Virus record (IMG/VR): IMGVR_UViG_3300042387_000948
Location: 143,030-207,029 of that record
DNA length: 64,000 nt
Reading direction: 5' to 3' (one strand)
How positions within the stretch are numbered: position 1 is the stretch's first letter; every line of letters starts with the position of its first letter. This document shows, in pieces, positions 19,083-29,693 of the stretch. A program made the translations under genes and the position numbers. The notes beneath the pieces were generated by a model that saw nothing but the letters and a program-made list of their open reading frames with translations, was not told the DNA's origin and did not search any database.

Positions 19083-19379
19083 TTAATTTATTTTAGTTTG
19101 ATTTGATACTATTTCTATATAATTTAATGGTATCCTTAATATTGTACCATCTTCAAATCCAAATACCGCATTATGTATGTTATTAGCCGATGCTATTATC
19201 CAACCTAATGTAGAATCTCTATAATAATCGTATGCTAATGTATCCAACCTATCACCGGTTTCAGTAGCAACATACAAATCATCATCTCTCAATGGTATGT
19301 TTGGATATATTTTTGGTTTATATACAGTTCTCCCATCAACAGTCTTTTTAGTTTCGTTATTTGAATATCTACTTATCAT
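19083..19379 (-). CDS. LysM-like baseplate wedge protein (gp53 / tail X-like)
   Basis: GDRLDTLAYDYY.D...WIIASANNI...GTILRIP. Confidence 0.8.
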   Translation of the reverse strand: MISRYSNNETKKTVDGRTVYKPKIYPNIPLRDDDLYVATETGDRLDTLAYDYYRDSTLGWIIASANNIHNAVFGFEDGTILRIPLNYIEIVSNQTKIN

Positions 19380-19392
19380 TTTAATTATTTAT

Positions 19393-22035
19393 TTAGAGAC
19401 CCGCTCCACCAAGTAATGAACCACGTCCTTTATTTAAAAATTTATTAAATGGATTATCTTTATCTATTTTTTGTTGTATTTCTGTTTGACGTTTATTAAA
19501 ATTTTCGTTACTTAATATCGCTGATGGTGTTTTGCTTGTTACGGATGCTGCCTTTTTTTGTGGATTTACCTCTTGGAGTTTTTTAGCAATATCATTTTGA
19601 GGAAGTGTACTATTCCATCCATAAAAATTATTTACAGTATTATTTCTACTTTCTATAAATTTAAGACTTATATTTACACTAACTACCATTGGAAGTTTAT
19701 ATCCGTTTAATGGTTTTGTTACTTCGGCAGTATTACCATCAGTTTCAATATTTACTTTACCACCATTACCACCATATGATTTATTATCACCAATTTCCCA
19801 ACCAGCAGTATCATCTACCGTATACGATAGACTATCTATAATACATTCTTTATCTTTATATAAATTACCAATTGTTACTTTTGTAAATGGTGAAATTATA
19901 TAAGTTTCATTATGATATCCAGCAGGATATGCTAATGATGTTAAGAAGTTTATTCGTTCCCACATTGCTACGTGCTCTTGTGAATTTGTAGAATATAATG
20001 TAAGTGTAAAACTAACACTTCGTTCTATACCCGAATATGTATAATAATTAAAAGGAGAACCTAAAAATTTAGCAGAATCCCAACTAGGTGATACATTTTC
20101 ACTAATACCAGTAATTGTAGCTGTAAAATTAACTGATTTTTTGTTTGGTACGGATGTAAACTTCACAGTTATAAAATCCAAATCCCCAAATACATCATTT
20201 CCAGTATCAGTATAATGATTTTTTGTATTTAAAAAATTTACAGCATTTCCTAATGATTTTTTAGATTCAATACTACGAGCAAATTCTTCTGAACTATACT
20301 TTAACTTATCGGTTTTTTGTGGTATTCCATTATTACCAATTCCGGTTATATTTAATTCATTACCAGTAGATTTTGTTTCAGCTACAGTTTGAATTTTAGT
20401 TAATAAAGTAGATAAATCATTTCTACTTTTTTCATCATCATTTGTTTCATCAACCGTATTTGAATAAGCAGTTGCAGATAATCTAGGGTCATATTTTAAT
20501 AAATCGTTTCCTTTTGATTCTTGAACTTTTCTACCTAATTCTTGCTGTCCTTCTTTTCTAGCAGTTAATAAATCTTCTGCTTTTGCGGGTGGGGGTATTA
20601 TTATACCGTTTGGTAATGATAACCCATTTTCACCAGCCAACGCTTTAAATAAACTTTTTTCTTGTTGAGTTTTTTTATTTAAACCAGCAAATTGAGAACC
20701 TATTGATGTTGTACTTTGTTTATCCTTTGTAGTTGCATTTATTAATGCAAGACTTGCAGGGTCTACACCTCCAATTTGTTGTAATCTTGTAGATAAATCG
20801 TTTCGTTGTTCAATTACCAGTGATTCTTCATCAACTGTATTTGAGTATTTTGTTATTGTATTATCAGCATTGTATTTTAATATACCTTCACCAGTTCCTA
20901 CTTTTAATAATTCCTTACCTATTACTTGCTGTCCTTCCTTTCTACCCGTAATTAAATTATTTGCATTTGCTTTTGGAATTGTAAATACGTTTGATTGATT
21001 TGCTCCCTTAACTGGTATATTAAATACGTTTGAAGTTCCCGATTTACTAGGTAAACTAAATACGTTTGATACACCGCCTCCGCCTATACTAAATGGATTT
21101 GATACACCACCACCACCTATACTAAATGGATTTGATACACCACCACCTACAATTGAACTAAATAAATTATTTGGTTTATTTTCTTTTGATAATCGTAAAT
21201 ATTCACCACTTAAATTAGCAGGTCCATCTTTTTTTATTGTTGATAATTCATTTTTTATTGTTGATAAATCATTTCTTAATTTTAAATCTGTACCTGTATA
21301 ATCTACGGTATCTTTATATGGCATTGCGCTTGAATACAAACGTGATGTAGGGTCATTTTTTGCCAATAATTGTTGTCCACTTTTTCTTGCACCAAATAGA
21401 TAAGTTTGAACTTTATCTTTTGCTAATTGAATACCAGAACCCAACACTGCGTTTCCAATTTGTCTAGGAGTTCCTGTTACGTTTTGTGCTAAAAACTTAC
21501 CAACCAATGTCCCACCTGCATCTTTTTTAATTTTAGCAAGTGTTTGCATTGTATTTGGTTCAAGTCCATTTTTAAAATCATTTTTTAATATTACTCTAGA
21601 TGGAATTATCTCTTCTGGAAATGCTACACCTATTTTTGATGCTAATTCTAATCCTTTTCCTTTTACTTTGTTTAATAAGTTTCCAATTATACCATTATTA
21701 CCCGCATTTCCATTTACACCAGCTTTCATATCATCCAACATATTGGTGGATAATCTATTTAAGCGGATAATATCCGTACCATATATGATTGGCTGTGATA
21801 AAAAACGTAATTGTCTTAATCCTAATAATTCTTCTTCGATGACAGTTTCTCTCGTTCTATCACTTATTCTACTTCTACGCAATTTATTTACTAACGGAAA
21901 TGAAGTTGCGTTTAGAGCACCATTTGGAGTTGATATTGATATATCTTTACTATTACGGGTTTCGTATTTTTGTTCAGCAGTTTGTGTGTTGCTTAATTTT
22001 TTAGTTTGAAAAAGTTCTAATATAGTTTTTCCCAT
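19393..22035 (-). CDS. Baseplate / tail-tube initiator-like protein with a long repetitive N-terminal region
   Basis: C-terminal FTATITGISENVSPSW...YTYSGIERSVSFTL...LAYP tube-initiator-like fold; lies between tape measure and LysM genes. Confidence 0.6.
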   Translation of the reverse strand: MGKTILELFQTKKLSNTQTAEQKYETRNSKDISISTPNGALNATSFPLVNKLRRSRISDRTRETVIEEELLGLRQLRFLSQPIIYGTDIIRLNRLSTNMLDDMKAGVNGNAGNNGIIGNLLNKVKGKGLELASKIGVAFPEEIIPSRVILKNDFKNGLEPNTMQTLAKIKKDAGGTLVGKFLAQNVTGTPRQIGNAVLGSGIQLAKDKVQTYLFGARKSGQQLLAKNDPTSRLYSSAMPYKDTVDYTGTDLKLRNDLSTIKNELSTIKKDGPANLSGEYLRLSKENKPNNLFSSIVGGGVSNPFSIGGGGVSNPFSIGGGGVSNVFSLPSKSGTSNVFNIPVKGANQSNVFTIPKANANNLITGRKEGQQVIGKELLKVGTGEGILKYNADNTITKYSNTVDEESLVIEQRNDLSTRLQQIGGVDPASLALINATTKDKQSTTSIGSQFAGLNKKTQQEKSLFKALAGENGLSLPNGIIIPPPAKAEDLLTARKEGQQELGRKVQESKGNDLLKYDPRLSATAYSNTVDETNDDEKSRNDLSTLLTKIQTVAETKSTGNELNITGIGNNGIPQKTDKLKYSSEEFARSIESKKSLGNAVNFLNTKNHYTDTGNDVFGDLDFITVKFTSVPNKKSVNFTATITGISENVSPSWDSAKFLGSPFNYYTYSGIERSVSFTLTLYSTNSQEHVAMWERINFLTSLAYPAGYHNETYIISPFTKVTIGNLYKDKECIIDSLSYTVDDTAGWEIGDNKSYGGNGGKVNIETDGNTAEVTKPLNGYKLPMVVSVNISLKFIESRNNTVNNFYGWNSTLPQNDIAKKLQEVNPQKKAASVTSKTPSAILSNENFNKRQTEIQQKIDKDNPFNKFLNKGRGSLLGGAGL
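20985..21150 (-). repeat. 33-bp tandem repeat encoding GGGGVSNPFSI, decaying into SNVFxxP variants
   Basis: About three near-exact and two degenerate units in frame within 19393..22035. Confidence 0.8.
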
Positions 22036-24887
22036 TATTTAAGTGCGTATGAATTTGAAGTTACAGTAGATACTACTTTTGAAACGCCAGATGTTACTTT
22101 TTTACCATCCATATGTACTGATATTTTACCAGAATTTAAATCTGTTCGTAATGCTTTTATTTCGTTTATTAATTCATCCATTTTAGCATTTTTATCTTCA
22201 GCTTCTTTACCACCACCTTCTCCACCACCACTTAGTGCCTCTATAACAGAACCACCACCTATTTCTAAAAATGTACCAACTGCTAACATTGCAGGTATTG
22301 CTAATAATCCAGCTACTGCAAACGATGCCATTGCAGCAGATAATGCAATAAATCCACCTGCCATAGAAAATAAAGCGGCTGCTGCATCCATAGATAACAA
22401 TGGTAATATTTTAACCATTAAATCACCTATACTACCCACCACCGATGCAATTCCCTTTCCAATTGATTCTACTACACTACCAATTGATTTACCAATGGAT
22501 TCAATTAATGGTGCTAACAAACTCAATGCATATGTTAATGGTATTAATGATGCACCAAATAATGCCAATAATCCAATTCCAATTAATGCAGCCGGTGCAC
22601 TAACACCAAATGCGGACAATCCTCCAGCTAATGCAACTAATCCAATTGCTGCGGCTTCTCCACCCAATGCAATTGCAGCTAAACCTAATGAACCTACTGT
22701 CATAATTGCAAATGCCAAACCAGCTACTACTAATACACCAGCACCAGCTAATACTTTACCATCACCAAATGCGGATAATCCTTTAGCTAATGATTTTAAT
22801 CCAGTACCAACCGTACTTATATCAATTTTTGATAAAACAAATAATGTTGGTAAACCTACCGACATTAATGCAAAACCAATTCCAGTTGGTATTAAATTAA
22901 AAGCACCAAATAATACTTTTGGATTTCCCATTGCTTTTAATCCTGAAGCTAAATCTTTAAGTTTATCACCCATTGATTTATCTTTATTCATAGATTCGGT
23001 TGCTTGTTCTACACCTTCAGGTGATGTTACGGAATCTATTTTATTATCTACTAAATCTTCTACTTTACCACTTGCTTTATCTTGTATAGTTTCTTTTGCT
23101 TTATCCGCTAAACTACCTCCAGCTACATCTGCTATTGATTGAGTTGCCGTTGATACCGCTCCACCACCCATAAATTTTTGCAGTACATTAGATGCCATAT
23201 TTTTTATAAATTCAGCTGATGTTTTTACCCAACCACCCATAGTACTACCAATTGATTTTGCGTACTCACCCAATTTTGTAAATTTAACACCCATTTGACC
23301 TAATGCACCTCCAAATTGAACTCCTGTCATTATTCCACCACCTAACAATTGTATAAATGAACCCAATCCTGTATTCATACCAGCTTGTATAGTTTCATTT
23401 ATCATACTAAATTGTGAATTCATTTGTCCAGTTAATGTAGTTGCATTCTCCTGATTAGCAGCCATTTTACCAAGTTCAGCTACGGATATACCTAATAAAT
23501 CTGCAGTTGCTTTCTTTTGGAAATAATCCATTTTATTAAAAGCATCCACACCACCTAATGCATTTAAAGTTTCTTGTGTAGCTTCTTCAATTTTACCTTC
23601 AAATGCTAATGCTCTAGCTCTATCTAAATTGATATTCTTACCCATTAAAGCACCCAATTCCAATTCTTTAGTTATTGATGTTTCAAAATCTAAAAGGTTA
23701 TCAGCAATACCGGTCATAGTTTTTAAACTAACACCCATTTTGGCTGCTGCTGCTGCTGCTTTTATTATATTCTCACCGCCATCTTTACCAAATAAAGCAA
23801 ATTCTTCAGCAGAACCGGCTAAATCTGCCATTAAAGCTGCAGGTATTATTCCATTTTGTTTTGCAAACTCTTGTGTTGATTTTGTTAAATTTAGGGCAGC
23901 TTCTTCACTATTTCCGTTTAATCTACTAAAAGAACCCAATAATCCGGCTGCTTCAGTTCCACTAATACCCATATTTTTGGATATTAATGATGTTGATGCT
24001 TGTAATTCCCCACTAACATTATTCATACCTCCGAATTCGGAAGCTAATGCTTTAGCGTTTTCAACTGCATTATCATCAAAGAAAGCCAAACCAGTTGTTG
24101 CAAATTCTGTTAATCCTCCCAATTGAGAACGAACTTCACCTAATTTATTAACAAATGTACCAACTCCCATAACCATCAAACCAATTGCTACTTGTGGTTT
24201 TTTTAATGCAGTTGTTATTTGGTTAGCAACTGCATTAAACCTAGCTTGCATTCTATTTGCCTCTTCGGTAAGTTCTTTATAAGCATCTAACTCATCTTCA
24301 GTAAGACCTATCGTTGCCTGCATTGCTTTATTTACTTTACTTTGTGCCGCACCAAAATCCTGAACTGCTCTTGCTATATCTTTATTATTACTAAAAACAG
24401 AATCGCTAGATTTTATTAAATCTACATACATTTTTTTTGCAATATCTAAATTTTCAGTAGCCGCTTTCATTGCATCGGAATCACCACTAGCAGATGCATG
24501 CATTAACTCATTTTGGGCTTGTGTTAGCATATCAGCACCTGCCATAAAATCTTTTACAAAATTAGCAGCATCAACATCACCAACATCAATACTTATACTA
24601 CCTATTTTATTAACTTGCTTAGCCATAAGAGTAAGTTCTTTACCCATATCGGATGTAACATTACCAGCTAATGACATTTGAGTTGTTAAGTCTTTAAAAT
24701 TAGAAATCGATTCTCTAATTCCTTTTGTTCTACCAATAAAATCATTTATTTTTTTAATTTTTTTATCTAAAGCACTTATTTGAGCAGAATCTTGCGCAGC
24801 AGTTGCTTCTGCAAGTTTTTCTTGCAAATTGGCTAAATTTTGTATAGCTTTAGCTTCGGCATCAATTAATTTTGATTTATCTGCCAT
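22035..24887 (-). CDS. Tape measure protein
   Basis: 950 aa, Ala/Gly-rich helical sequence with hydrophobic C-terminal segments; follows tube and chaperone genes. Confidence 0.85.
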   Translation of the reverse strand: MADKSKLIDAEAKAIQNLANLQEKLAEATAAQDSAQISALDKKIKKINDFIGRTKGIRESISNFKDLTTQMSLAGNVTSDMGKELTLMAKQVNKIGSISIDVGDVDAANFVKDFMAGADMLTQAQNELMHASASGDSDAMKAATENLDIAKKMYVDLIKSSDSVFSNNKDIARAVQDFGAAQSKVNKAMQATIGLTEDELDAYKELTEEANRMQARFNAVANQITTALKKPQVAIGLMVMGVGTFVNKLGEVRSQLGGLTEFATTGLAFFDDNAVENAKALASEFGGMNNVSGELQASTSLISKNMGISGTEAAGLLGSFSRLNGNSEEAALNLTKSTQEFAKQNGIIPAALMADLAGSAEEFALFGKDGGENIIKAAAAAAKMGVSLKTMTGIADNLLDFETSITKELELGALMGKNINLDRARALAFEGKIEEATQETLNALGGVDAFNKMDYFQKKATADLLGISVAELGKMAANQENATTLTGQMNSQFSMINETIQAGMNTGLGSFIQLLGGGIMTGVQFGGALGQMGVKFTKLGEYAKSIGSTMGGWVKTSAEFIKNMASNVLQKFMGGGAVSTATQSIADVAGGSLADKAKETIQDKASGKVEDLVDNKIDSVTSPEGVEQATESMNKDKSMGDKLKDLASGLKAMGNPKVLFGAFNLIPTGIGFALMSVGLPTLFVLSKIDISTVGTGLKSLAKGLSAFGDGKVLAGAGVLVVAGLAFAIMTVGSLGLAAIALGGEAAAIGLVALAGGLSAFGVSAPAALIGIGLLALFGASLIPLTYALSLLAPLIESIGKSIGSVVESIGKGIASVVGSIGDLMVKILPLLSMDAAAALFSMAGGFIALSAAMASFAVAGLLAIPAMLAVGTFLEIGGGSVIEALSGGGEGGGKEAEDKNAKMDELINEIKALRTDLNSGKISVHMDGKKVTSGVSKVVSTVTSNSYALK

Positions 24888-24890
24888 TTA

Positions 24891-25082
24891 TTATTTTGCG
24901 TATTTATCTAAATATTTTACTAAATCATCCAAATCATTTGTTATATTTGCTAATTTTTTAGATACTTCTGGATGCTTTTCTGCCGATTTATTTATAAAAG
25001 TTTGGTCCAATCCTTTTTTATAAGAATCAAAAAAAGCATCTACAAATTTATTGAGAATTCCTTCGTTTAATTTTTTTGCCAT
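24891..25082 (-). CDS. Small hypothetical protein, possibly a processed virion protein
   Basis: MAKKLNE-G start; upstream TATTTAT motif; abuts the tape measure gene. Confidence 0.55.
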   Translation of the reverse strand: MAKKLNEGILNKFVDAFFDSYKKGLDQTFINKSAEKHPEVSKKLANITNDLDDLVKYLDKYAK

Positions 25083-25116
25083 TTGTACAGTTGGTTATAT
25101 ATAATAAATATTGAAT

Positions 25117-25151
25117 AAAAAAAAAGTGAGGATTATCTCATCCTCACTTTT
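25117..25151 (-). terminator. Rho-independent terminator
   Basis: GTGAGGAT-GAGATA-ATCCTCAC followed by a run of 9 T, spanning the stop of 25133..25363. Confidence 0.85.
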
Positions 25152-25363
25152 CCTGCTTTTGATTTACTTTGTGCAGCTTTCATTTCATCTGCTTCTTTCT
25201 TTTTGATATCAACTAATTTTTTAAAATAAAATTTTCTAAGATGTATTGGCATCGTATAAACTTCTGTCCAATTGAATCCATTACCAAAATGAACCATTTC
25301 CCAAATTTGATTATGAAGTGTTGTTTTATAATCAATTGGCAGGGTAAAAAAAGCTAACCCCAA
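25133..25363 (-). CDS. Tail assembly chaperone, second part (gp51 / lambda T-like), probably expressed by frameshift
   Basis: EVYTMPIHLRKFY motif; only a TTG start embedded in the upstream gene, overlapping a 7-T run. Confidence 0.65.
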   Translation of the reverse strand: MGLAFFTLPIDYKTTLHNQIWEMVHFGNGFNWTEVYTMPIHLRKFYFKKLVDIKKKEADEMKAAQSKSKAGKVRMR

Positions 25364-26123
25364 ATGGGATATCTAACGCCTCCGTTTCGCCTGTTATATC
25401 TGATGTAAATTCGAATTTTAAGTCTAAATCTGGACTAATTTCTCTAACATATTTTCTAAATGCTTTTGTATCTAATGCTAAAAATCCATTTTGAATCCAT
25501 TTGTTAATAAATCCACCATCCTTATTACCATCTACTGATAAAATCATATATCTAAACCGAGTAGTTACATCAAAAGATGTTGTGTTTTTTGTTTTATTTA
25601 CTCTTTCCAATGCTTGATTATCTTTATTAATATCCTGCTCATCACCATGCGTTAATAACTTAAATTCAATTACCTTTTTACTTTGTGGTAATGTAAATTT
25701 GTACACATTTTCGGCGTTTAATACAGATTCATCAACATCTTTTGTTTGTACTTTTGATAAATCAATTGTAACTTCTTGCTTTTCGGATGTAAATGGGTCA
25801 GTAATTTCAACCGTATAATCAGCCCCATATCCTAAAATACGAGTAGCCAATAGAATTGCGTTTTTATCACCAATGAAAATATCATTTATATTTACACCAG
25901 GTTCAACAACAACCGATTCAAATAACTTATCTAACACAATACCTTTTTTAATTAAATTTTGAGATGCTAAGATATCTTCTTCTCTTGCTGTCATATATTT
26001 TATTTCAACCGTTCCTTTACTCAAAGGGTTATCTTTTGAATATACCAATCCTCTTGATGGTAATTCTATAATTTCGGTTGGAAATTCAAATTTACTTGTA
26101 GTTGCATTTGCACTTTCTGCCAT
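25332..26123 (-). CDS. Tail / baseplate hub assembly chaperone (T4 gp26-like)
   Basis: IELPSRG, MTAREEDIL, GDKNAILLATRILGYG, C-terminal SFFYP; between tube and tape measure. Confidence 0.8.
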   Translation of the reverse strand: MAESANATTSKFEFPTEIIELPSRGLVYSKDNPLSKGTVEIKYMTAREEDILASQNLIKKGIVLDKLFESVVVEPGVNINDIFIGDKNAILLATRILGYGADYTVEITDPFTSEKQEVTIDLSKVQTKDVDESVLNAENVYKFTLPQSKKVIEFKLLTHGDEQDINKDNQALERVNKTKNTTSFDVTTRFRYMILSVDGNKDGGFINKWIQNGFLALDTKAFRKYVREISPDLDLKFEFTSDITGETEALDIPFGVSFFYPAN

Positions 26124-26182
26124 AACTTTAATAATTTAGTTTTATATATATATAAATACATCAAAATAAAAAAATTAGAAAT

Positions 26183-26215
26183 AAAAAAGGGATAACCTTT
26201 CGGAAATCCCTTTTT
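26183..26215 (-). terminator. Rho-independent terminator after the tail tube gene
   Basis: GGGATTTCC-GAAA-GGTTATCCC followed by TTTTTT. Confidence 0.85.
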
Positions 26216-26234
26216 AATATTGTAGTAGATATTA

Positions 26235-26726
26235 TTAATATTCCAAAATAGCGTAATCGTAAGCTATTTCTAATGTAATATCGGCAGGGTCAGTAGCGTT
26301 TGACCAATCCAAGTCTCCAAAATTTGCATTTACTATAAATGCTCCTTTAAGAGTCCATTGTTCAATTACATCACCAACAGGTCCTAACATTTTACAAGTT
26401 ATATCTTTTTTGTAAAAATCAGCATAACCTCTTCTACCAGTGATTGATTCGTGTCCTAAACGTACCCACTCCATTACAGCTTGAGCCGCAGATGGAACAA
26501 TAGGGTCAATAAGTGTAAATGTTACGTTAGACCACTCACCCTTTCCTTGCAACTTTCTTTTTATATTAATATGGTCTAATGTTACCGTTTCAAATGCAAT
26601 AGTCGGTCTTTGCGCCACTTTAATAGTATATGCTTGAAGCCCGTCTACATCAATTGTAAAACGATGCTTCATTTTAGGTTCGAAGTTCGTATAGAACATC
26701 TTGTCAAACTCTAGTATCTCTGCCAT
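26235..26726 (-). CDS. Tail tube protein (gp19-like)
   Basis: FEPK...RF, GKGEWSNVTFTLIDP, EQWTLKGAF...FGDLDW, IAYDYA; follows the sheath gene. Confidence 0.9.
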   Translation of the reverse strand: MAEILEFDKMFYTNFEPKMKHRFTIDVDGLQAYTIKVAQRPTIAFETVTLDHINIKRKLQGKGEWSNVTFTLIDPIVPSAAQAVMEWVRLGHESITGRRGYADFYKKDITCKMLGPVGDVIEQWTLKGAFIVNANFGDLDWSNATDPADITLEIAYDYAILEY

Positions 26727-26783
26727 TTTTTTTTAATTTCTATTTTGTTATTAATAAATATTGGTTTTTCGTTTTTTTCTTAA

Positions 26784-29102
26784 TTAAGCGTTAAACGATG
26801 CTCCAGTTGGTAAGATGTTGAAATCAATTACGATGAATTCAGCTGTCTTAGCCGGTTGTAAAAATATTTGTCCTGCTAATACATTTCTATCTATTACATC
26901 AGGAGTATTGTTAGTTTCATCCATCACTACTTTGAATGCGTATAAACCTTGTCTTTGTTGAATTGCTTCGAAATAAGGGTTTACAGTGTTTAAGAATCTA
27001 TTTCTAGTCGTTGTAGTGTTTTGTTCAAACAATAGGTAACGAGACGTAGATGCGATGAATTTCTTAACAGTGATTAATAATCTTCTTACGTTGATTCTAT
27101 CCAATGCTGATGCTTTATCTTGCAATGTCTTCTGTCCGAATGCTACAATACCTTGTCCAGGGAATGAAGCGATTGGATTAACTTTGTTTTCGTATAAAGT
27201 ATCTCTTTCAGAATGTGTTAATCTATTCAATACACTAATTGCTCCAGTGATACCACCTCTATTTAAACCAGCAGGTGCGAACCATTCTGCTGCCAATCTA
27301 TCATTAGCTGCAAACACTCCAGGTAATAATACTGAAGGTGGAACACTCATTATTTTATTATTATTATTGTCAATTGTCTTAACCCAAGGGTAGTAAGTTG
27401 CTACATAGTTTGAATCTACTGAATTAGATTGTAAAGTAGTATCTGCTATATCGGAATCAGCTTCACTAAAGTCAGCTATGTAGAATGTATCTTGTCTATC
27501 TTCAACCATATCAATAACCTTAGTAGTTACCGATGGGTGTAGAGAACGAATGATACCAGGAGTTACAACTAAGTTAATATCATACTCATCCGGATTAGAT
27601 ACAGCGTTTATTGCTTTGAAATATGCAGTTGTACCAGATGATGCTCCATTTGAACAATCAAATCCTTGCGTATTTTGTTGAGTGATATCAGTTCCAAGTG
27701 CTTTAGCTACCGTTGGGTTCATACCATCGTATCCACCTTGCAATGCTAATACAAACTGTCTTTTAACCATATCTGCCGAATTTGAGCCCGTCATTTGATA
27801 ATTTAATTGAGAATCAAACGCAAATGTTACGTTAGAACCAGTTTGTGCATTTGCAGGAAGTGGTTTTAAATATTGTTTGTTATCAATTGCCACACCAACA
27901 GTTTCAAAATCAAATCCAGAATAATATAATGGAGATGATGATGTATTTCCAGTTGAGCTTGTTTGTAATGTTATAGCAGGTACTAATAACGATTCTGCAG
28001 CATTTGTTGCTGTAATTGGGTTTGTATATGCCCCATGTCCAAAAGGTGCTGCTGATATAGGGAATGAACCCTGAGCTGCTACTTCAACTCTAATATATTT
28101 TGAACGATTTTGGTAATCACCATTTTCAGTAATTTTACCATCTTGATTTAATGTAATAAATCTATCACCAATTCTTCTTGCAATATAATTTGTAGAAGCA
28201 GGGTCTAAGTTTACATTATTAAATGTTTCAAAAACTACTTTTCTTTTATCAGTATCAGAGTATGAACGAACAGTTACAGTAAATGTTGAATAATCCGTTG
28301 CTCCATCTTCGCCAGCTGCCTTAACATTAGAGATACCAATTTTAAATTTAGTATTATAAACATTACCATGTCCTAATGTGTGGAAACTGAATAGAGGATA
28401 TCTAACACCACTAATATCTTGAGATACTACAAATGGTGTTGATGCTACACTTGCCTCATATGCATAATCTTGAGTTGGTAATACAACTCTAGTTATTACA
28501 ATGTTATTTCCAGCAGAACCTGTGTAGAATGATGCCAAATTCTCAAAATAAGAATGTACATATGCTGCTTTACTTCCAAATGGTGATTCACCAAATACAT
28601 CAGCTAAATCGTTTGTTGCGGTTGGTAATATTGATGCGGATACGTTTGTACCAGCAACCAATGCATTGATTACAAAAGAACCATCTAATGCATCATTACT
28701 AACTATACTTGCTCCAGTAAATCCAACACCCTCATCACCAGCTGCAGTTGAGTGTAATACACCAATTAGTTTAGTTCCTACTGATTGTGCCGATGAACCA
28801 GAAGCAAATATTGCTAAAGGTGCTACTTGAGAATATCCAGCAGTACCAGCTACCCTTACAATAGTTGCTGAACCAGCTTCTCTAAGGTAGTTTTGTACTG
28901 CATATTCAGTATAATATGTCCCATCAGGTGTACCGAAGATATCTTCAAATTCTGATTGAGTTCTTACAATCGTTGGTACGAATGCCGGTCCTTGCTTAAA
29001 AGGTCCTATAAATGCTGCTCCGATTTCACCGATTCCTTGCGCTAAGAAGGATAAATCGTTTTCTCTTGTGAATACACCGGGTGATACAATTCTTTCTGCC
29101 AT
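26784..29102 (-). CDS. Tail sheath protein (gp18-like)
   Basis: SPGVFTRENDLS, WFAPAGLNRG, LYENKVNPI, FGQKTLQ, DRINVRRL, FEQN, AEFIVIDF. Confidence 0.95.
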   Translation of the reverse strand: MAERIVSPGVFTRENDLSFLAQGIGEIGAAFIGPFKQGPAFVPTIVRTQSEFEDIFGTPDGTYYTEYAVQNYLREAGSATIVRVAGTAGYSQVAPLAIFASGSSAQSVGTKLIGVLHSTAAGDEGVGFTGASIVSNDALDGSFVINALVAGTNVSASILPTATNDLADVFGESPFGSKAAYVHSYFENLASFYTGSAGNNIVITRVVLPTQDYAYEASVASTPFVVSQDISGVRYPLFSFHTLGHGNVYNTKFKIGISNVKAAGEDGATDYSTFTVTVRSYSDTDKRKVVFETFNNVNLDPASTNYIARRIGDRFITLNQDGKITENGDYQNRSKYIRVEVAAQGSFPISAAPFGHGAYTNPITATNAAESLLVPAITLQTSSTGNTSSSPLYYSGFDFETVGVAIDNKQYLKPLPANAQTGSNVTFAFDSQLNYQMTGSNSADMVKRQFVLALQGGYDGMNPTVAKALGTDITQQNTQGFDCSNGASSGTTAYFKAINAVSNPDEYDINLVVTPGIIRSLHPSVTTKVIDMVEDRQDTFYIADFSEADSDIADTTLQSNSVDSNYVATYYPWVKTIDNNNNKIMSVPPSVLLPGVFAANDRLAAEWFAPAGLNRGGITGAISVLNRLTHSERDTLYENKVNPIASFPGQGIVAFGQKTLQDKASALDRINVRRLLITVKKFIASTSRYLLFEQNTTTTRNRFLNTVNPYFEAIQQRQGLYAFKVVMDETNNTPDVIDRNVLAGQIFLQPAKTAEFIVIDFNILPTGASFNA

Positions 29103-29255
29103 TTTTTTATCTCTAAAATTCTATGTTTGTTATTTTGTAAAAAGTATTCCAATTTACACATATAAATATAAACAAAATACCCAAAACATAAATTTTATAT
29201 TAAAAATATATTTTGGGATGTTTTACTATTGTTTTATTGTTTTAAATGATACCTA

Positions 29256-29687
29256 TTATGGATTAGATATACTTACAAACTCCCATCTATCACAAAATAT
29301 TTCGGAAGATATACTTGCTCTCCCTGGCCAACCACCATTGCTAGGACTCTGAAACCAAAGGTCGGCTTGTCTAAATGATGTACTCCAACCCCTATCTATA
29401 TTTGCACCACTTGTCCAACTTCCAGCATTGAAACCATAAGTGTTTCCACCAGTATCAACCCATAACGCATTCCATATTGTCAATGCTGAATTAAAATCAG
29501 AAGAACCATTTGTTTGAACAAATGACATATAAGTTTTAACAATAATGTGTAGATGCGGATTTCCTCCAGAAATATTAAATCGAAGGTAAGGACCAACATT
29601 ATTTTTACCGCGTGAATATACTCTCATATAAGAGTTATTATTCGATTGATTCATAATTAATCCCTGATTCCCTGTTATTCTTGCCAT
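29256..29687 (-). CDS. Small beta-rich protein, paralogue 3 of a triplet; candidate fibre-tip component
   Basis: Similar size, composition and terminal patterns to its two neighbours. Confidence 0.5.
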   Translation of the reverse strand: MARITGNQGLIMNQSNNNSYMRVYSRGKNNVGPYLRFNISGGNPHLHIIVKTYMSFVQTNGSSDFNSALTIWNALWVDTGGNTYGFNAGSWTSGANIDRGWSTSFRQADLWFQSPSNGGWPGRASISSEIFCDRWEFVSISNP

Positions 29688-29693
29688 AATTAT

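Noticed and set aside
741-29352. Assorted short plus-strand ORFs antisense to enzymes and tail genes
   Set aside because: Lie antisense to well-supported minus-strand genes and show no recognisable motifs
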